Positions 13,136 to 26,577 of a stretch of DNA of 64,000 nucleotides are shown here, one piece after another (within the stretch, counting starts at the first letter, position 1; each line of letters starts with the position of its first letter). The notes beneath the pieces are model-generated. The model was given only the letters and a program-made list of their open reading frames with translations, made no database searches and was not told where the DNA came from. Origin of the DNA: Octopus sinensis. Lineage: Eukaryota. The stretch lies in NCBI RefSeq assembly GCF_006345805.1, contig NW_021831852.1, forward strand, positions 2,373 through 66,372, given 5' to 3'. The translations under genes and the position numbers were made by a program.

Positions 13136-13612
13136 TGTATGTATGTATGTATGCATGTATGCATGTATGTATGTATGTATGTATGTATGTATGTATGTAT
13201 GTATGTATGCATGTATGTATGTATGTATGTATGTATGTATGTATGTATGTATGCATGTATGCATGTATGTATGTATGTATGTATGTATGTATGTATGTAT
13301 GTATGTATGCATGTATGTATGTATGCATGTATGCATGTATGTATGTATGTATGTATGCATGTATGTATATATGTATGTATGCATGTATGCATGTATGTAT
13401 GCAAGTATTTATGTATGTATGTATGTATGTAAGTAAGTATGTATGTATGTATGCATGTATGTATGTATGTATGTATGTATGCATGTATGTATGCATGTAT
13501 GCATGCATGAATGTATGCATGTATGTATGTATGCATGTATGTATGTATGTATGCATGTATGTAAGTTTGTATGTATGTATGTATGTATGCATGTATGTAT
13601 GTATGTATGTAT
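13136..13612. repeat. (TATG)n microsatellite; also ~44488-44697, ~45253-45680, ~46234-46310, ~58066-58910
   Basis: Direct reading. Confidence 0.95.
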
Positions 13613-14146
13613 GTCAGGTCACTTTCGAGTGCTACTGGTAACATGTAACCCAGTACAACCTGTTGCATTGTCGGGTCGTCGGCGACTAAACCGGCAACGC
13701 AACCAAGCTTGCTTGGTGAAGAGGGTGTTTATTGGACATCCTGCCGGATGAAAAACAAAACCCGTCAAAGAGCGGAGGAATTCTTGAGAGTCAACGGCCA
13801 TCCAATATATGTCTTAAGGCTGTATCATGCGCGGGGACATAGAAATAATCGGACTGAATACCCGATCATGCGGTTAAACCACAGGGAGTGAAGGACTCCT
13901 AGCCTTTGTTAGGGCAACCTTCTAGGAGAGGGTAACTCAGGTAACTGGGATAACTCCGACATAAAACCTGCGGCTCAGTGGTTACCAATGATGTTGACTT
14001 ATTCTTCTTTTCGGATTATGGCTGCTGTTGATTAGTGACTGGGATTGACTCAGTGCACATCCTTTCCTCGCTTTAAAAAAATCTTCATGCACAGGCATTG
14101 CACAATAACAACATTGATTAAGCACCGAGCAATGGTCATGCTCGAT
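13613..14146 (+). mobile_element. Non-coding RTE 5'-leader-like repeat between TATG arrays; also 44698-45252, 45681-46233, 58911-59456
   Basis: GGGCAACCTTCTAGGAGAGGGTAACTC...AAACCTG resembles RTE 5' UTRs (from memory); several local hairpins. Confidence 0.5.
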
Positions 14147-15846
14147 AATGAGGGGGCAGCCACCAAGTATGAATGTATGTATGTATGTATATATGGATGT
14201 GAGTATGTATGTATATATGTATGTATGTATGTGTATATATGTCTATCGATATATAGATGCTTACATTCATATCTACATGCGTGCATACATGTGTGCATAC
14301 ATACATATAAGTATACATATATGCATGCATGTATGTATGTATGTATGAAAGTATGTATGTATGTATGTGTGTGTGTATGTGTGTATGTTTGTATGTATGT
14401 ATGTGTGTATGTATGTACATATGTGTGTATGTATGTATGTGTATATGTATGTATGGGGGTATGTATGTATGTATGTATATATATGTAAGCATGTGTGTAT
14501 GTATGTGTTTATGTAAGTATGTGTGTATGTAAGAGTCTATGTATGTATATATGTATGTATGGGGGTATGTATGTATGTATGTAAGTATGTGTGTATGTAT
14601 GTGTGTATGTATGTATGTATGTTTGTATGTATGTGTGTATGTATGTGTGTATGTATGTATATATGTGTGTGTATGTATGTATATATGTATGGGGGTATGT
14701 ATGTATGTATGTATGTATGTATGGGTGTATGTATGTATGTATGTATATATGTATGTATGTATGTGAGTGTATATGACTGCATGTATGTATGTATGGGGGA
14801 ATGTATGTATATATATATGTAAGTATGTGTGTATGTATGCATGTATGTATGTTTCTATGTATGTAGTTTGTATGTATGTATGTATGTATGTTTGTATGTA
14901 TGTATGTATGTTTGTATTTATGTATGCTTGTATGTATGTATGTGTGTATATATGTGTGTGTGTATGTATTTATGGGGGTATATATGTATGTATGTGTGTG
15001 TATGTATGTATGTGTGTATATATGTGTGTATGTATGAGTGTATGTATATATGAATGTATGGGGGTATGTATGTATGTATATACGTATGTACGTACGTGAG
15101 TGTGTATGTATGCATGTATGTATGTATTGGGGTATGTATGTATGTATGTATATATGTGTGTGTGTGTATGTATTTATGGGGGTATATATATATGTATGTG
15201 TGTATGTAAGTATGTGTGTATATATGTGGTATGTATGAGTGTATGTATATATGAATGTATGGGGGTATGTATGTATGTATGTATATACGTATGTACGTAC
15301 GTGAGTGTGTATGTATGCATGTATGTATGTATTGGGGTATGTATGTATGTATGTATGTAAACATGTAAGTATCTGTGTATGTATGTGTGTATGGTTGTAT
15401 GTATGTGTGCATGTATGTATGTATGTGTATGTATGTATGTATGTATGTATGTGTGTGTGTGTATGTATGTATGTATGTTTGTATGTATGTATGTGTGTAT
15501 GTATGTATGTATATATGTGTGTGTGTGTATTTATGGGGGTATATATGTATGTATGTGTGTATGTAAGTATGTGTGTATATATGTGGTATGTATGAGTGTA
15601 TGTATGTATATATGAATGTATGGGGGTATGTATGTATGTATATAAGTATGTACGTACGTGAGTGTGTATGTATGCATGTATGTATGTATTGGGGTATGTA
15701 TTTATGTAGGTATATATGTAAGTATCTGTGTATGTATGTGTGTATGTATGTGTGTATGTATGTATGTATGTGAGCATGTATGTATGTATGTATGTTTGTA
15801 AGTATACCTGTACGTATGTATGCATGTATATATATATGTATGGGTG
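14147..15846. repeat. 1.7-kb degenerate (TATG)n array with ~200-nt higher-order repeats; shorter counterpart ~59457-59893
   Basis: ATGAATGTATGGGGGTATG...GTACGTACGTGAGTG recurs at ~15051, ~15251, ~15613. Confidence 0.9.
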
Positions 15847-16011
15847 GGTGGGAATTGGTAGGTTTTGATTTTGATATTCCCATAAAACTTTTCTAATCCG
15901 ATTAACGCTTGTTGTGAAGAATCCAATCCGAACAGCGGACTTCATTAGATTAAGTCTTGCGATTACTGTGTGGGTTGAACGAAATACTTCCCACTCTGGA
16001 TATTAAAACAG

Positions 16012-16304
16012 TGTGTGAGTGTATGTATGTGTGTGTGTGAGTGTGTGTGTGTTTGTCAGTGTGTGTGTGATGAGAGGGGGCTGTCAGTGTGTGTGTGTGT
16101 GTGTTAGTGTGTGTGTGTTCTTTTGTGTATGTGTGTGCGTGAGTGTGTGTGTGTGTGTGTATGCCAATGTATGTGTGTTTGTCAGTGTGTGCGTCTATGT
16201 GTCAGTGTGTGTCTGTGTGTTTGTTAGTTTGTGTGTGTGTGTCAGTGTTTGTTGGTGTGTGTGTGTGTGTTTCAGTGTGTGTGTGTGTGTCTGTGTATTT
16301 GTCG
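16012..16304. repeat. Compound (GT)n/GTCA array; also ~28733-29365, ~46479-47084, ~60064-60620
   Basis: Direct reading; flanked by ~37-bp direct repeats in the spacers upstream of copies B, D and E (only the right repeat upstream of C). Confidence 0.9.
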
Positions 16305-16339
16305 GTTGAACGAAATACTTCCCACACTGAATATTAAAC

Positions 16340-16713
16340 AGTTTCCCAATGATAACAAATAAAAATTAATTAACAACATTAGTAAATAAATATATCATAA
16401 TATATCCAGAAACAGGAATCATTTCACTTTACACGTGTCTCTCATTCATCAAAATATTTTGCTAATTATTGTGTGACAATATCAAACCATCTCTTTCCAA
16501 TAATTAAACCTGTCAGACAATTTCACACCCGCTTTTACAGTTCCACCATCGCATTGGTTCATAAATTTACGATAAGATCTCTGCCAGAGCTGGGTTGTTG
16601 TGCGCTCAATAAATACGTGGAATTCAGTTACAGGTCTTCAGCTTAAACCTCGCATCTCGATCTTTTGTTGAAGCCACACGAAGTATCACGTACGACCGAC
16701 AACTGTCACCAGA
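16340..16713 (+). promoter_or_regulatory. Conserved upstream region / putative promoter and 5' UTR (also ~29405-29778, ~47118-47489, ~60660-61031)
   Basis: Non-repetitive block retained in front of every exon 1; Inr-like TCAGT at 16624-16628. No convincing TATA spacing. Confidence 0.35.
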
Positions 16714-16856
16714 ATGGATTTCGCACAACTGTCCAGGAATATTTCGCAGCGTTATTCCATTTTTCTCTCATAGCTTTTGGGGTTCTTCTCGTTCTGACGA
16801 TCGTGATTCTTCATCAAGATTCAAGAATAGGAAAAATGGAAGAGAAATCGAAAACG
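16714..16856 (+). CDS. Copy B exon 1 (ATG, hydrophobic anchor LIAFGVLLVLTIVIL); 143 nt, one base short of the 144-nt consensus
   Basis: ATG at 16714, perfect donor ACG|gtaagt; the in-frame consensus was reconstructed from copies B-E; B lacks the C of ATTTCTTCT. Confidence 0.8.
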
Positions 16857-17776
16857 GTAAGTCATGGATTTTGTGTTAATATATGTATGTCTTTATGTAT
16901 ATATATATGCATGTATGTATGTATGCATTTACGTATGTATGTATTAATATGTGGATGTATGTACGTACGGATGGATGGATGGATGTAAGGATGTATGCAT
17001 GAATCACGTACATATGTCCATATGGAGCACACACACACACATAAGATCACACACGTAATCACACACGAACGCACAGGCGCACACAACTAAACATACATAT
17101 ATATATACATATACATATATTTGTATATATAATATACATATTATGTATATATAAATATACATATATATGAATATATTAGTGCGTGAACATATATAGATAT
17201 ATATATACAAACAAATATATGCGTGTGTGTGTATCTATCACTGTATCTCTCAGTCTATCTCTCTCTCTCTCTCTCTATTTATCTATATATATGTATATAT
17301 GCATGTGTGTGTGTGTGTTTGTGTGTGTGTTGTGTGTGTGTGTGTGTGTGTGTTTGTATATAAATATATTCTTTTAACCGTTTCAGTCATTTGACTGCGG
17401 CCATGCTAGAGCACTGCGTTTAGTAGGACAAATCGACTTCAGGATTATTCTTTGTAAGCCTATCGCTCATTCTATCGGTATCTCTAGCCGAACCGCTATG
17501 TAACGGGGACGTAAACACACCGACATCAGTTAAGAATCGGAAGTGGTGCGACAATATCAGACACATACATAAAAAATAGATACATACACACTATGTGTGC
17601 TATACACACACACATACATCTATATATATATACATATATACATATCATATATACATACACACATATATAGTTACGTATGTATGTACATACATATCTACCT
17701 ATCAATCTATTTATCTACATATGTATGTATCTATCTATCTATATATATATATATTGTACATATATATATATATATA

Positions 17777-17847
<71 letters not shown>

Positions 17848-18595
17848 GTATATATGTATATATGTATATATACATATACACACATCCCAAGGAAACACAA
17901 AGAAGAGTGGAATTGTACTCCTGTCCGATCGCTCTTTCACCAGACATAATCCTGGAGAGGGAAATAAGTGCGTAATGAAAAAAATCTAATGGTGGGGTTC
18001 CAGCATGGCCATGCCCTGTCGCTGCAACGTTTAGCCCTATTAATATTAGTGTTAAGTATTATATCTAGATGTACACTTACACACACGCACAGAAACGAAC
18101 ACATACAAACACACACACACACACACATAGGAATACGTACATATTTACACACATTTATCTATTTCTCTCCATCAGGAACGGAAGTGAGGCGAGTTTTTTT
18201 TAATCTTTTCTTTCCAACTGAAAATAAAACGTGCGAGTGCCAATGTAGATCGGTGAATTTCGTAACGTTTGACTGTAATTCACGTTGGTTTTTATATATG
18301 ACAATATGTAAGAACGAATGTAAATACATACACACAGACACACGGACAAACACACGCACAAATAAACACAACACACACACATACGCACGCACACAGACAC
18401 ACGTGCTCAATTGTACACGAACAATCACACTATACAGTGTATGTCCACTCACATATATGTGTGCGTTTGTGTGTGTGTGTATGCGTATAAGTAGATACGT
18501 ATATTTGTGATATTTATGGTGTGTATGCTTCAGTGTACGTGCATACGTATATATCGATATGTATTTATATATGTGTGATGTGTTGTGTCTGTGGG

Positions 18596-18850
18596 TGGAG
18601 GCGCAGTGGCCCAGTGGTTCGGGCAGCGGACTCATGGTTGTAGGATCTCGGTTCCGATTCCCAGATTGGGCGTTGTTAGTGTTTAATGCTCCACGAGGCT
18701 CAGGGAGTGGGTTGTGTTGATCTCTGCTGTACTCTTTCGCTACAACTTCTCCCTTTCTTCTGTTGGCCTGCTCGCTTAACCAGCGGGGTGGCGTCATTTG
18801 AAGGCTAAAACAACGCGAAGCGCATTGTGACCAGCGATATGTAGCAACAA
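18596..18850 (+). mobile_element. Same tRNA-derived SINE on the + strand; also ~32626-32826, ~49465-49670, 63831-64000
   Basis: GGAGGCGCAGTGGCCCAGTGG A box and GGTTCCGATTCCC B box. Confidence 0.75.
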
Positions 18851-20167
18851 CTGGTCTGTGACGGTGATCACGGAGATATATGCATCATACGCACACAATA
18901 CACACACACACACATACACACATACATACACACACCAACACAGATGTCCACATATACCTTTAACGAACAATACTCATACAGATACGCACACACTTATACA
19001 CACATGGGCACAGACACACACGCACATACACGTACTTAAGCGCACACACGCACGCACGTTACTCCCACACAACTCCAGAAAAACCCAAAACACACACGCA
19101 TGCACAAATTCAGATACACACCACCGATACATATACACACACAATATATGCCTACACGCACACACATACACATCCGTATACACATATAGACAGAGACACA
19201 CACACACACGCACGTAAAAACATGCGCACGCACATACGCACGTACACACGCACATTAATGCACACCCAGAAAAACTCACAACCCCACGGATACACGCATA
19301 TACACCCAAATACGCTTACACACACACATACAAACGTACACGTACATGCACTCACGCACATACGAGACGCACGCACATACATACACACACACACGAAAGA
19401 ACCCACACATACATCCCATACACACGGTACACAATAATACATACACGCGCACAATTATAAATACATGTACACACACATACGCACAGTTATTCGCTACAAA
19501 CCCAAACTCTACGCATACACACACATACACACACATGAACACACACACACTACAAAACAAAACACACACGATACATATACATACACGCACACACACACAC
19601 ACATACTTCAAACTAGCAGTACCTACTACTTCACCTGTGGTAGAGACAAAGGGAGCCACGCCCAATCCTTCTTCCTTGACCTTAACACTACTAACCTACA
19701 ACACGCAAAGATTAACAGCCACAACCACACACACTTACACACGCACATGCACACACACACAACATTTGTCATCATTGCACACATACACACATACTCACAT
19801 ACACACGCGCACACGCAGACCTCCGCGCACGCTCTTATCCACACTTACACACACACACACTCCTCTCCCTCTCTACCTCTCTCTTTCTTGAAAGATCTTT
19901 ACTTCTCCCATTTCCTTCCGGTTATTCAAAATGCGCCCGCGTGTGTACCATTGGCGATTTTTTTGTCTTCCGCCTTCCCTCCTCTGGATCTTTCCTTCTC
20001 GTAAGTTTCCGACGAAGAGCTCCACCTGAAACGTTAAACCCTCCTTCTTTCCTTCTCTACTGAGCGTCCAGTAATACTATCTTTGTTCCACGTCCTCGCG
20101 TTGTTGTTTTTTGGGGGCTTTCTTGTTTGGATTAAATTTAACTATATATATACATGTGTGTAGATAT

Positions 20168-20200
<33 letters not shown>

Positions 20201-20908
20201 GTAGAAATATGTGTGTGTATATATTTTGTGTGTGTGGTGTGTGTGTGTACTAGCAGTCATACCCGGCATTGCAGGGGTTTAAAATGGCAAAGATGGTATA
20301 TAATATTTCCAGTCATTTTGAAACAGGTGATATGGGAAAGTGCAACATTGACAAAAAAACATTTGTAGAGTAAATGCTGGGCTAATTCGACTAAGCAACA
20401 TGCTAAGCGTCCGTTGGGTGTTGTTTCAGGCCCTAACCTGTCATGCAAAATTGGAGGTGGAGTTTGAGTGATTTTTGAACGCACCGAAAAGCTGTCAGTG
20501 GATATACTCTTCTTTGCAGCAGTGTGCGCTGTGTCTAACACGACCCATCATCGGAAATTTTGACACCTCACGTCGGGTTTGTTGTCCTACATCACTTATA
20601 GAGTAAGTTTGGAGGAACGGTGGTTGTTCATTCGCGGGTACCAGGGAACCAATGAGGGGATAGACTTGCCCTTGAACTTTCACGTCGGCGTAAATTCATG
20701 TTTATCTATCTTCTTAGATTCACCAAACGATGTCATTTGAAATTCAGATTTTTATTGTCTGATATTGTTCAGAAAATCGTTCGACTCGATTGAAGCGCCT
20801 TCTAGAATATTCCTAAGGGGTTGAGATGGTAGTGTCTGCAATGATACCTGTCCGATAATAAATACACTGAAGTTCTATTTATATGATGCTATTTCTATTT
20901 TTTCACAG

Positions 20909-20960
20909 AACCGTTTCATCTCCAAGAAATCTCTCGACGATAAACCTGATGATACGCCAA
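20909..20960 (+). CDS. Copy B exon 2 (NRFISKKSLDDKPDDTP)
   Basis: tttcacag|AAC...CCAA|gtaaga; 52 nt, phase 0-1. Confidence 0.85.
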
Positions 20961-21194
20961 GTAAGAACTGATTTTATGGCTAAAGTCTTTTACCCGTGTC
21001 TCCTTAACTAATGATTTAAATTTTTACCAACTTTGAATTAGTTCCACATTACTATCCATATATCCACAATAATATAAACTCAGACACTTGCCTGAATTTA
21101 TTTCAAAATATGTTCTACTTTACAAGAATTCCCTAAATATAATGTTATTCTAATATACTATGCCATTTATTGTGTGTATATGAGTATATATATG

Positions 21195-21473
21195 AGCGTC
21201 GGCTGCGGGGTCATTCCGAAAAGCTCTACCTGCGACGATTTCGTCTCAGTCGAAGGAGAGGAGCGTTCTCCGTCCGGGTTGCCGATCCGTGGAACAAGCT
21301 GCCAGAAGAGATGGTGAAGATGCCGACGACCGCTTTGTTCAAAGCCTCCCTGGACCTCAAGTGGCCTGAACTCTTCACATGAACACCACCCTGTACTTAA
21401 CTCCATGTCCCCCTACATGGCCTTGCTATTTGCTTTTGAGCCAAATTTAATAAATAAAAAACAAATAAATAAA
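21195..21473 (+). mobile_element. CR1/L2-type LINE 3' end, copy B only
   Basis: LRGHSEKL..R..FSVRVADPWNKLP..FKASLD C-terminal signature, AATA-type tail, apparent ATATG target duplication (21190-21194 and 21474-21478). Confidence 0.85.
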
Positions 21474-21499
21474 ATATGCAGTGCAACGTCGAGAATTGT

Positions 21500-23450
21500 T
21501 TCGGCCCGCACGTTTCCTCTGAGGGAGCTCTTTGCCGAGTGTCCTAGTCGGCCGGTACATTCACTGTGAAAACATTAGAGTGCTCAGAGCGAGCCCACCG
21601 GCTTGCATACGAAAAGCATGAATGCCTTTCTCATCTGAGAATCAAATGCCCGAGCTGGCGCATCACTGCGTTTATATCTACAATTCAGCATTCTGTCAAC
21701 TCTTGTGCTTCCAATCATTCGCGAATAGAGACCCGAAATAATGATGTTCCACTTTCCTACACAGTGCATATTTGTCAATCCTGCCTTGGTGTACTCGGCA
21801 GCCAACCCATTCAGTGCACGTTGTTGGTGACAATCAGACAAATTAGGTAGCAGCTTGTCGTCTACAAATAACAGTCGACCGATCACGTAGAGATGAATTG
21901 GGATACCTCTACCACAATGGCTGAGCATATTCAACCAGATCACAAAATAGAATGTGAGAAGGGGCATTAACAATGCACACTTCAACTAAGTGAAAACTTC
22001 TCGTTGAAAACTTTCCACTTTTACATAAATACAATCATTTTAACATCCATATAATATTTTATGGCAACCAGTATTTGCGCAGTAAACTCACCTTCCTGGT
22101 AAACCATCCACACATCCCTCAGGGCACGTGATCATGTGCCTTTTCGTGGTTTACAGCGTATTCCTCTTGGAAATGCTTCAACGTTTGCTGGAAGATCTGT
22201 CTTTGAATGACTCTCTGGTCGGGTGTACTGTGTCCCGGACAGTAACCTTTGGCGCGATAACTTCCCTACATATCTTTTCCTGAAATCTAGTTTAGACTTC
22301 TATAATTAGAACACACTCTTTGGTCTTTGTTTGAAAAAATTGTGATTGTCACCCCATATTACCATTGCCTTGGTGTTTTTCCAGAGGCCTCATCGACCTA
22401 GCGTACATGGGACACTCAGAGAATACCATCTGTATTTATGGCTTCTAAAATATCAAACCGAACATGCTTTTCACAAGCAGTTTTATCACATTTAAGTGAG
22501 TTTAGCTCAAATAAGCGTTCAAACGAAGAAGAACCTACCGAAAAAATAAAAAATAATACATCACGAATGTATTTCGATATCCAACTTAATTTAGGAGGGA
22601 CACTCTCAATTTGGATGCAAAAGTCTACACATTTTTGTTTCTGATCGCAGCATCCACGGCTTACCAATTTCCAGTGTTCGGCAGACTGTAGGAATTTTCA
22701 GGTTTTCAGACATTTAGGTAGTCAAAACCGAACGTTCATCAAAGAGTGAAAGATGACTGAAATCTCTCAGAATTTCTATACCAGGTACCCTTATAAATAT
22801 CCCTGTCTTAAAATAATATCCATACCAAAGAGATGAGAGTGTGTATCCTGCACAGAAGTCTACTATGACCTGTCCATTAAGTTCACTGACGACATTCCTT
22901 CCAATCAACCCTTCTCACGGTTATCAGTGCCAAGGTGTGCACTGAAGTCTCCTGGCAGGACAAATGACTTTACCCCACAATATATCTAAAGCTGAGGTGA
23001 ATTTGCTTAGGAAGGATATGTATTTGACCCCGCTGTTTGCTGCATATACTTACAGCAGCCACAGTGGTCCTTCATATTCAGCCTTAGCTTCAAGAGGTGA
23101 ACCCTCACACCTAGTCGGTTTCACTCCATAATACAATCCGAAAGCTGGGTATTGAGAGTATCCTAATCTCACCTGTGCAGACATTGTTGGCACCACAGTT
23201 GCGTAGTGGAGTTTCAAGCCTATATCCAGGTGTACGCTATCGGAGAAACGAAATTTTGTAGAGGAGACACCGATTATATCTTACAGGCAGATTATATCTA
23301 ACAATTTTGATGTTTTAATTCTCAATTATTAAAGGTTGTTCCCTTCTTCATCTGCTTTGATTTCCTGAGACCGTCAATTTCGTGCTCCCACCTCACGCAC
23401 CCCAGATAAGTTGCTGGCTTCTTACTGGTTGCACCGGTTTGGGTGGGTTG
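21500..23450 (-). mobile_element. Same degenerate RTE-like LINE, copy B
   Basis: ORF 21584-21985 contains RLLFVDD; collinear with copies A and C. Confidence 0.8.
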
Positions 23451-24001
23451 TGCTATACATTTATCGAACGGACCCCTCTACTCCGAGATCCGGATGCGAT
23501 ATCTTTTAACTAAATCGACAAATGATGCGGGATAGTTGTTATTTTCATATTGTAGTTATGATGGCCTTATTTGCGCCGAGTTCCAACTGATATTTGTAAT
23601 TGACCGATGAATACTCGCACATGGCGAATATTCTATCATTATTCTATTGAGTTTTATCATTATTCTATTGAGAAGTATATATACTCATACCCAAGTTTAC
23701 GTATCATACATACATCCGTTCATAGCGGAGACCGATACACATTCTGATATTCTGAGATTAATCTCTCAAATCTTTGACATCAACGTCACCAACAAGCTCA
23801 ACAGACAAATGTCTTCTTTCTTTCTTTACAATTTATTCTTATTATTTACATCTTTCGTTCTGACTTTCATTCATTCACTCGTTCTTTCTTAAATTCTAAT
23901 TTCTCTCTTCTCCATCAATTCCTTCCCATCCAAAAACCTACTTTGTAAATGATCCCCCAATTCTTTCTTTTAAACTACATTATTTCATTTTAATTTCACA
24001 G

Positions 24002-24076
24002 AACCCGGTCTCGGATCATTGTATACCCGGTGGGGTAGAACAACTTGTCCTCCTTATTCAAACCTTGTATATGACG
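24002..24076 (+). CDS. Copy B exon 3 (KPGLGSLYTRWGRTTCPPYSNLVYD)
   Basis: tttcacag| and |gttagt splice sites; 75 nt; open frame. Confidence 0.88.
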
Positions 24077-25395
24077 GTTAGTATACTTTATATTTCTGAC
24101 CTCTCATTCTCTTTTTGTCTTTCTCTTGTTCTCTTTTTATACCTCTCATTCTCTCTTTTTGTTGCCTCCCTTTCTCTCACACCCTCTCTCTCACGCACAT
24201 GCACACACACTCACCTTTGTCGGGGTTCTGACATAAACGTTTTCAATCCTCTTACGATATGTCACGTTTCAAACGTCTATACCTGTAAACTATACAAAAA
24301 CTACACAAGACTGCTTACTCCTTTGTAGGTATTTGGTCAAATCAGAATATTATATGTTATCTACTACGGACCAAATGAAAATGATGTTGTCTAACCGCAG
24401 AATATAGATATCTCTACGTTAAATTACAGATAGGGGCGGGACTGAAAACCACCATGGCGATCAAGAATTTCTGGCTGACCAGCTTTTGATTGTATATATC
24501 AAATACCGAGGCTGCTAACTGGTGATCAATTGTCCAGGCTACGGATGGTGGTATTGTACGTGAGTGACCAGAGCTGAAAAGTGGCCACTTGACTATCATA
24601 ACTAACTAGTGCCCAATGATCGTAGGTGTGGGCTAAATTGAATAGAGTCTATTATAATTGATGACAGTGACTGTAAACGATTAATGAAATGAACGCACAA
24701 TGTAGAATGAGGACTGGACAAGCCACATGTAACTGATGGAAAAAGCTAAGGACTTTATTCATTAAGTAAAATAGAGAGAGACTAAATATTAGTGAGAGAA
24801 CACAACAGAGTACAGAATGCACTTCTATTCTTCTCCGCGTCACCGAAATCGTCCTATCGCTAAAACCTTGCTCTTTTCATGCACCACATCACCTCATTAA
24901 TTATCCAGGATATTTTTGTAAGGTAATTCCGAAACTTCCAATTCAAAACTGCTGCTACAAGCTGCGTCCCCAATCAACCTCACATTCCTTTAAAATGCTC
25001 TGAATCTGCTCTTTATAAATCCTATACGTATATTTTATCGGTCGCCGACTCCATCACCAAAAATATCCCCGTTCACTCGTGAACACCTTTTCCATTTCGG
25101 GTAAACACGAGTACATGCGTTACCGAATTCCTTTCTTTTTCTCCTTCTATTAACATCCACTCACGCAAATACACTTCCCCATGCAAACTTACATAATAAT
25201 CCACGTCATATCCCCAAATACTTGCCCGTATACACACAACATATATAATATACATATACTTACATATATATTATATATATATATATATATAAAATATATA
25301 TATATTGATTCAGATGAATATGGCACTTAAGTTGATCCTCCAGAATTTTACGACATTATCCATACAATTTCAAATTAAGGTGATTAAAATTAAAA

Positions 25396-26317
25396 TAAGC
25401 AACGATGATATCCAGAGATAATGCAGTACGTTCGTTTCATTCATGCACTCCATTTAATTGAACAATGCAATCATTACATCAGTTTAAAATTAGAGCAATT
25501 TTCAGCTGCAAAATACGTTGGATTTAATTGAATTCCAACAGATGGACACATTTGTATAATTATACTTAAAATCTCCAAAATATTACATAGAACATGTTGT
25601 CTCTACTTCAGCATAGCAGTTACTAAAATTATAAAGAAGACTCAACTTACCACTGATTTTTTGTCTTTATGGGGTCAGTTTTAATTTATAGACTAATTTA
25701 CAATCCTTTGTATATCTAAGCCTGAGAGAACATAGGGCAGTATCTGTTAGGGGAGGGCTCAGGCAGTAGATAGACATTCTAGTTGGTATAGTCATAAAAA
25801 TTCAAGAATTATTGTAAGCAATACTATGAGATTTAGTAAGGGAAAACTTAAAACAAGGTGTTAGCTGATAATTAAGGGGGTCGCACACTGGCAGACAATT
25901 GACAATGAAACGGAAGGTCTTATCATATATTATAGTTAAATATTTTAAACAATGTTGCTATGAATACAGTTGAAGTTTAGGGTTTTCCAAAGAATTATTT
26001 AGAAGAATATTATAACAAAAGGATAGAAATTGTTGAATATTTTTTCTATTCATAAGTATTCATAAATTTTTTGATAATTTTATTAACTACTATGCTGAAG
26101 TAGAGACAACATGTTCTTTGTGTATCTCCTTAACTTCTTGGAGATTTTGGGTATAATTATACTAATTTGTCAATCTGTTTTAATTGAATTAAATCCTATG
26201 TATTTGTGCAGCTGAATTCCTCTATATTTTAAATTGATGTAATGATTGTATTGTTCAATTAAATGGAGTTGCATGAAACAATCGTACTGCATTATCTCTG
26301 GATATCCTTGTTGCTTA
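25396..26317. mobile_element. Fold-back/MITE-like element with ~240-bp terminal inverted repeats in intron 3; also ~40895-41810, ~55108-56025; absent from copy A
   Basis: GATATCCAGAGATAATGCAGTACG at ~25406 vs CGTACTGCATTATCTCTGGATATC at ~26283; the arms align over 25396-25632 and 26074-26317. Confidence 0.8.
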
Positions 26318-26319
26318 CT

Positions 26320-26371
<52 letters not shown>

Positions 26372-26577
26372 GAGAATGCAAATGCACAGCTATGATCTCA
26401 AGCATACACCAACACACAGCTTAAACTCATATAAACACTAACATATACACCACAATTCGTTCACACGTGGCTAAACATGACTTCTTTTAAGGGTCAAATT
26501 GTAATGAATGTTTCCGTTATTTCATATATAATTTTGCTTAACATCTTTTTTATTTGATTTATTCTTACCAATTCTAG

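Noticed and set aside
14509-15945. 478-aa His/Thr/Tyr/Ile ORF and the many MYVC/HTYI/VCVC ORFs across the window
   Set aside because: They are translations of TATG, CA/GT and TA microsatellites that lack stops by construction; no splice or homology support.
16665-16713. Upstream TTG start (MLKPHEVSRTT...) in frame with the anchor in copy B
   Set aside because: In frame only because of B's missing base; the cross-copy consensus puts the ATG at 16714 in frame.
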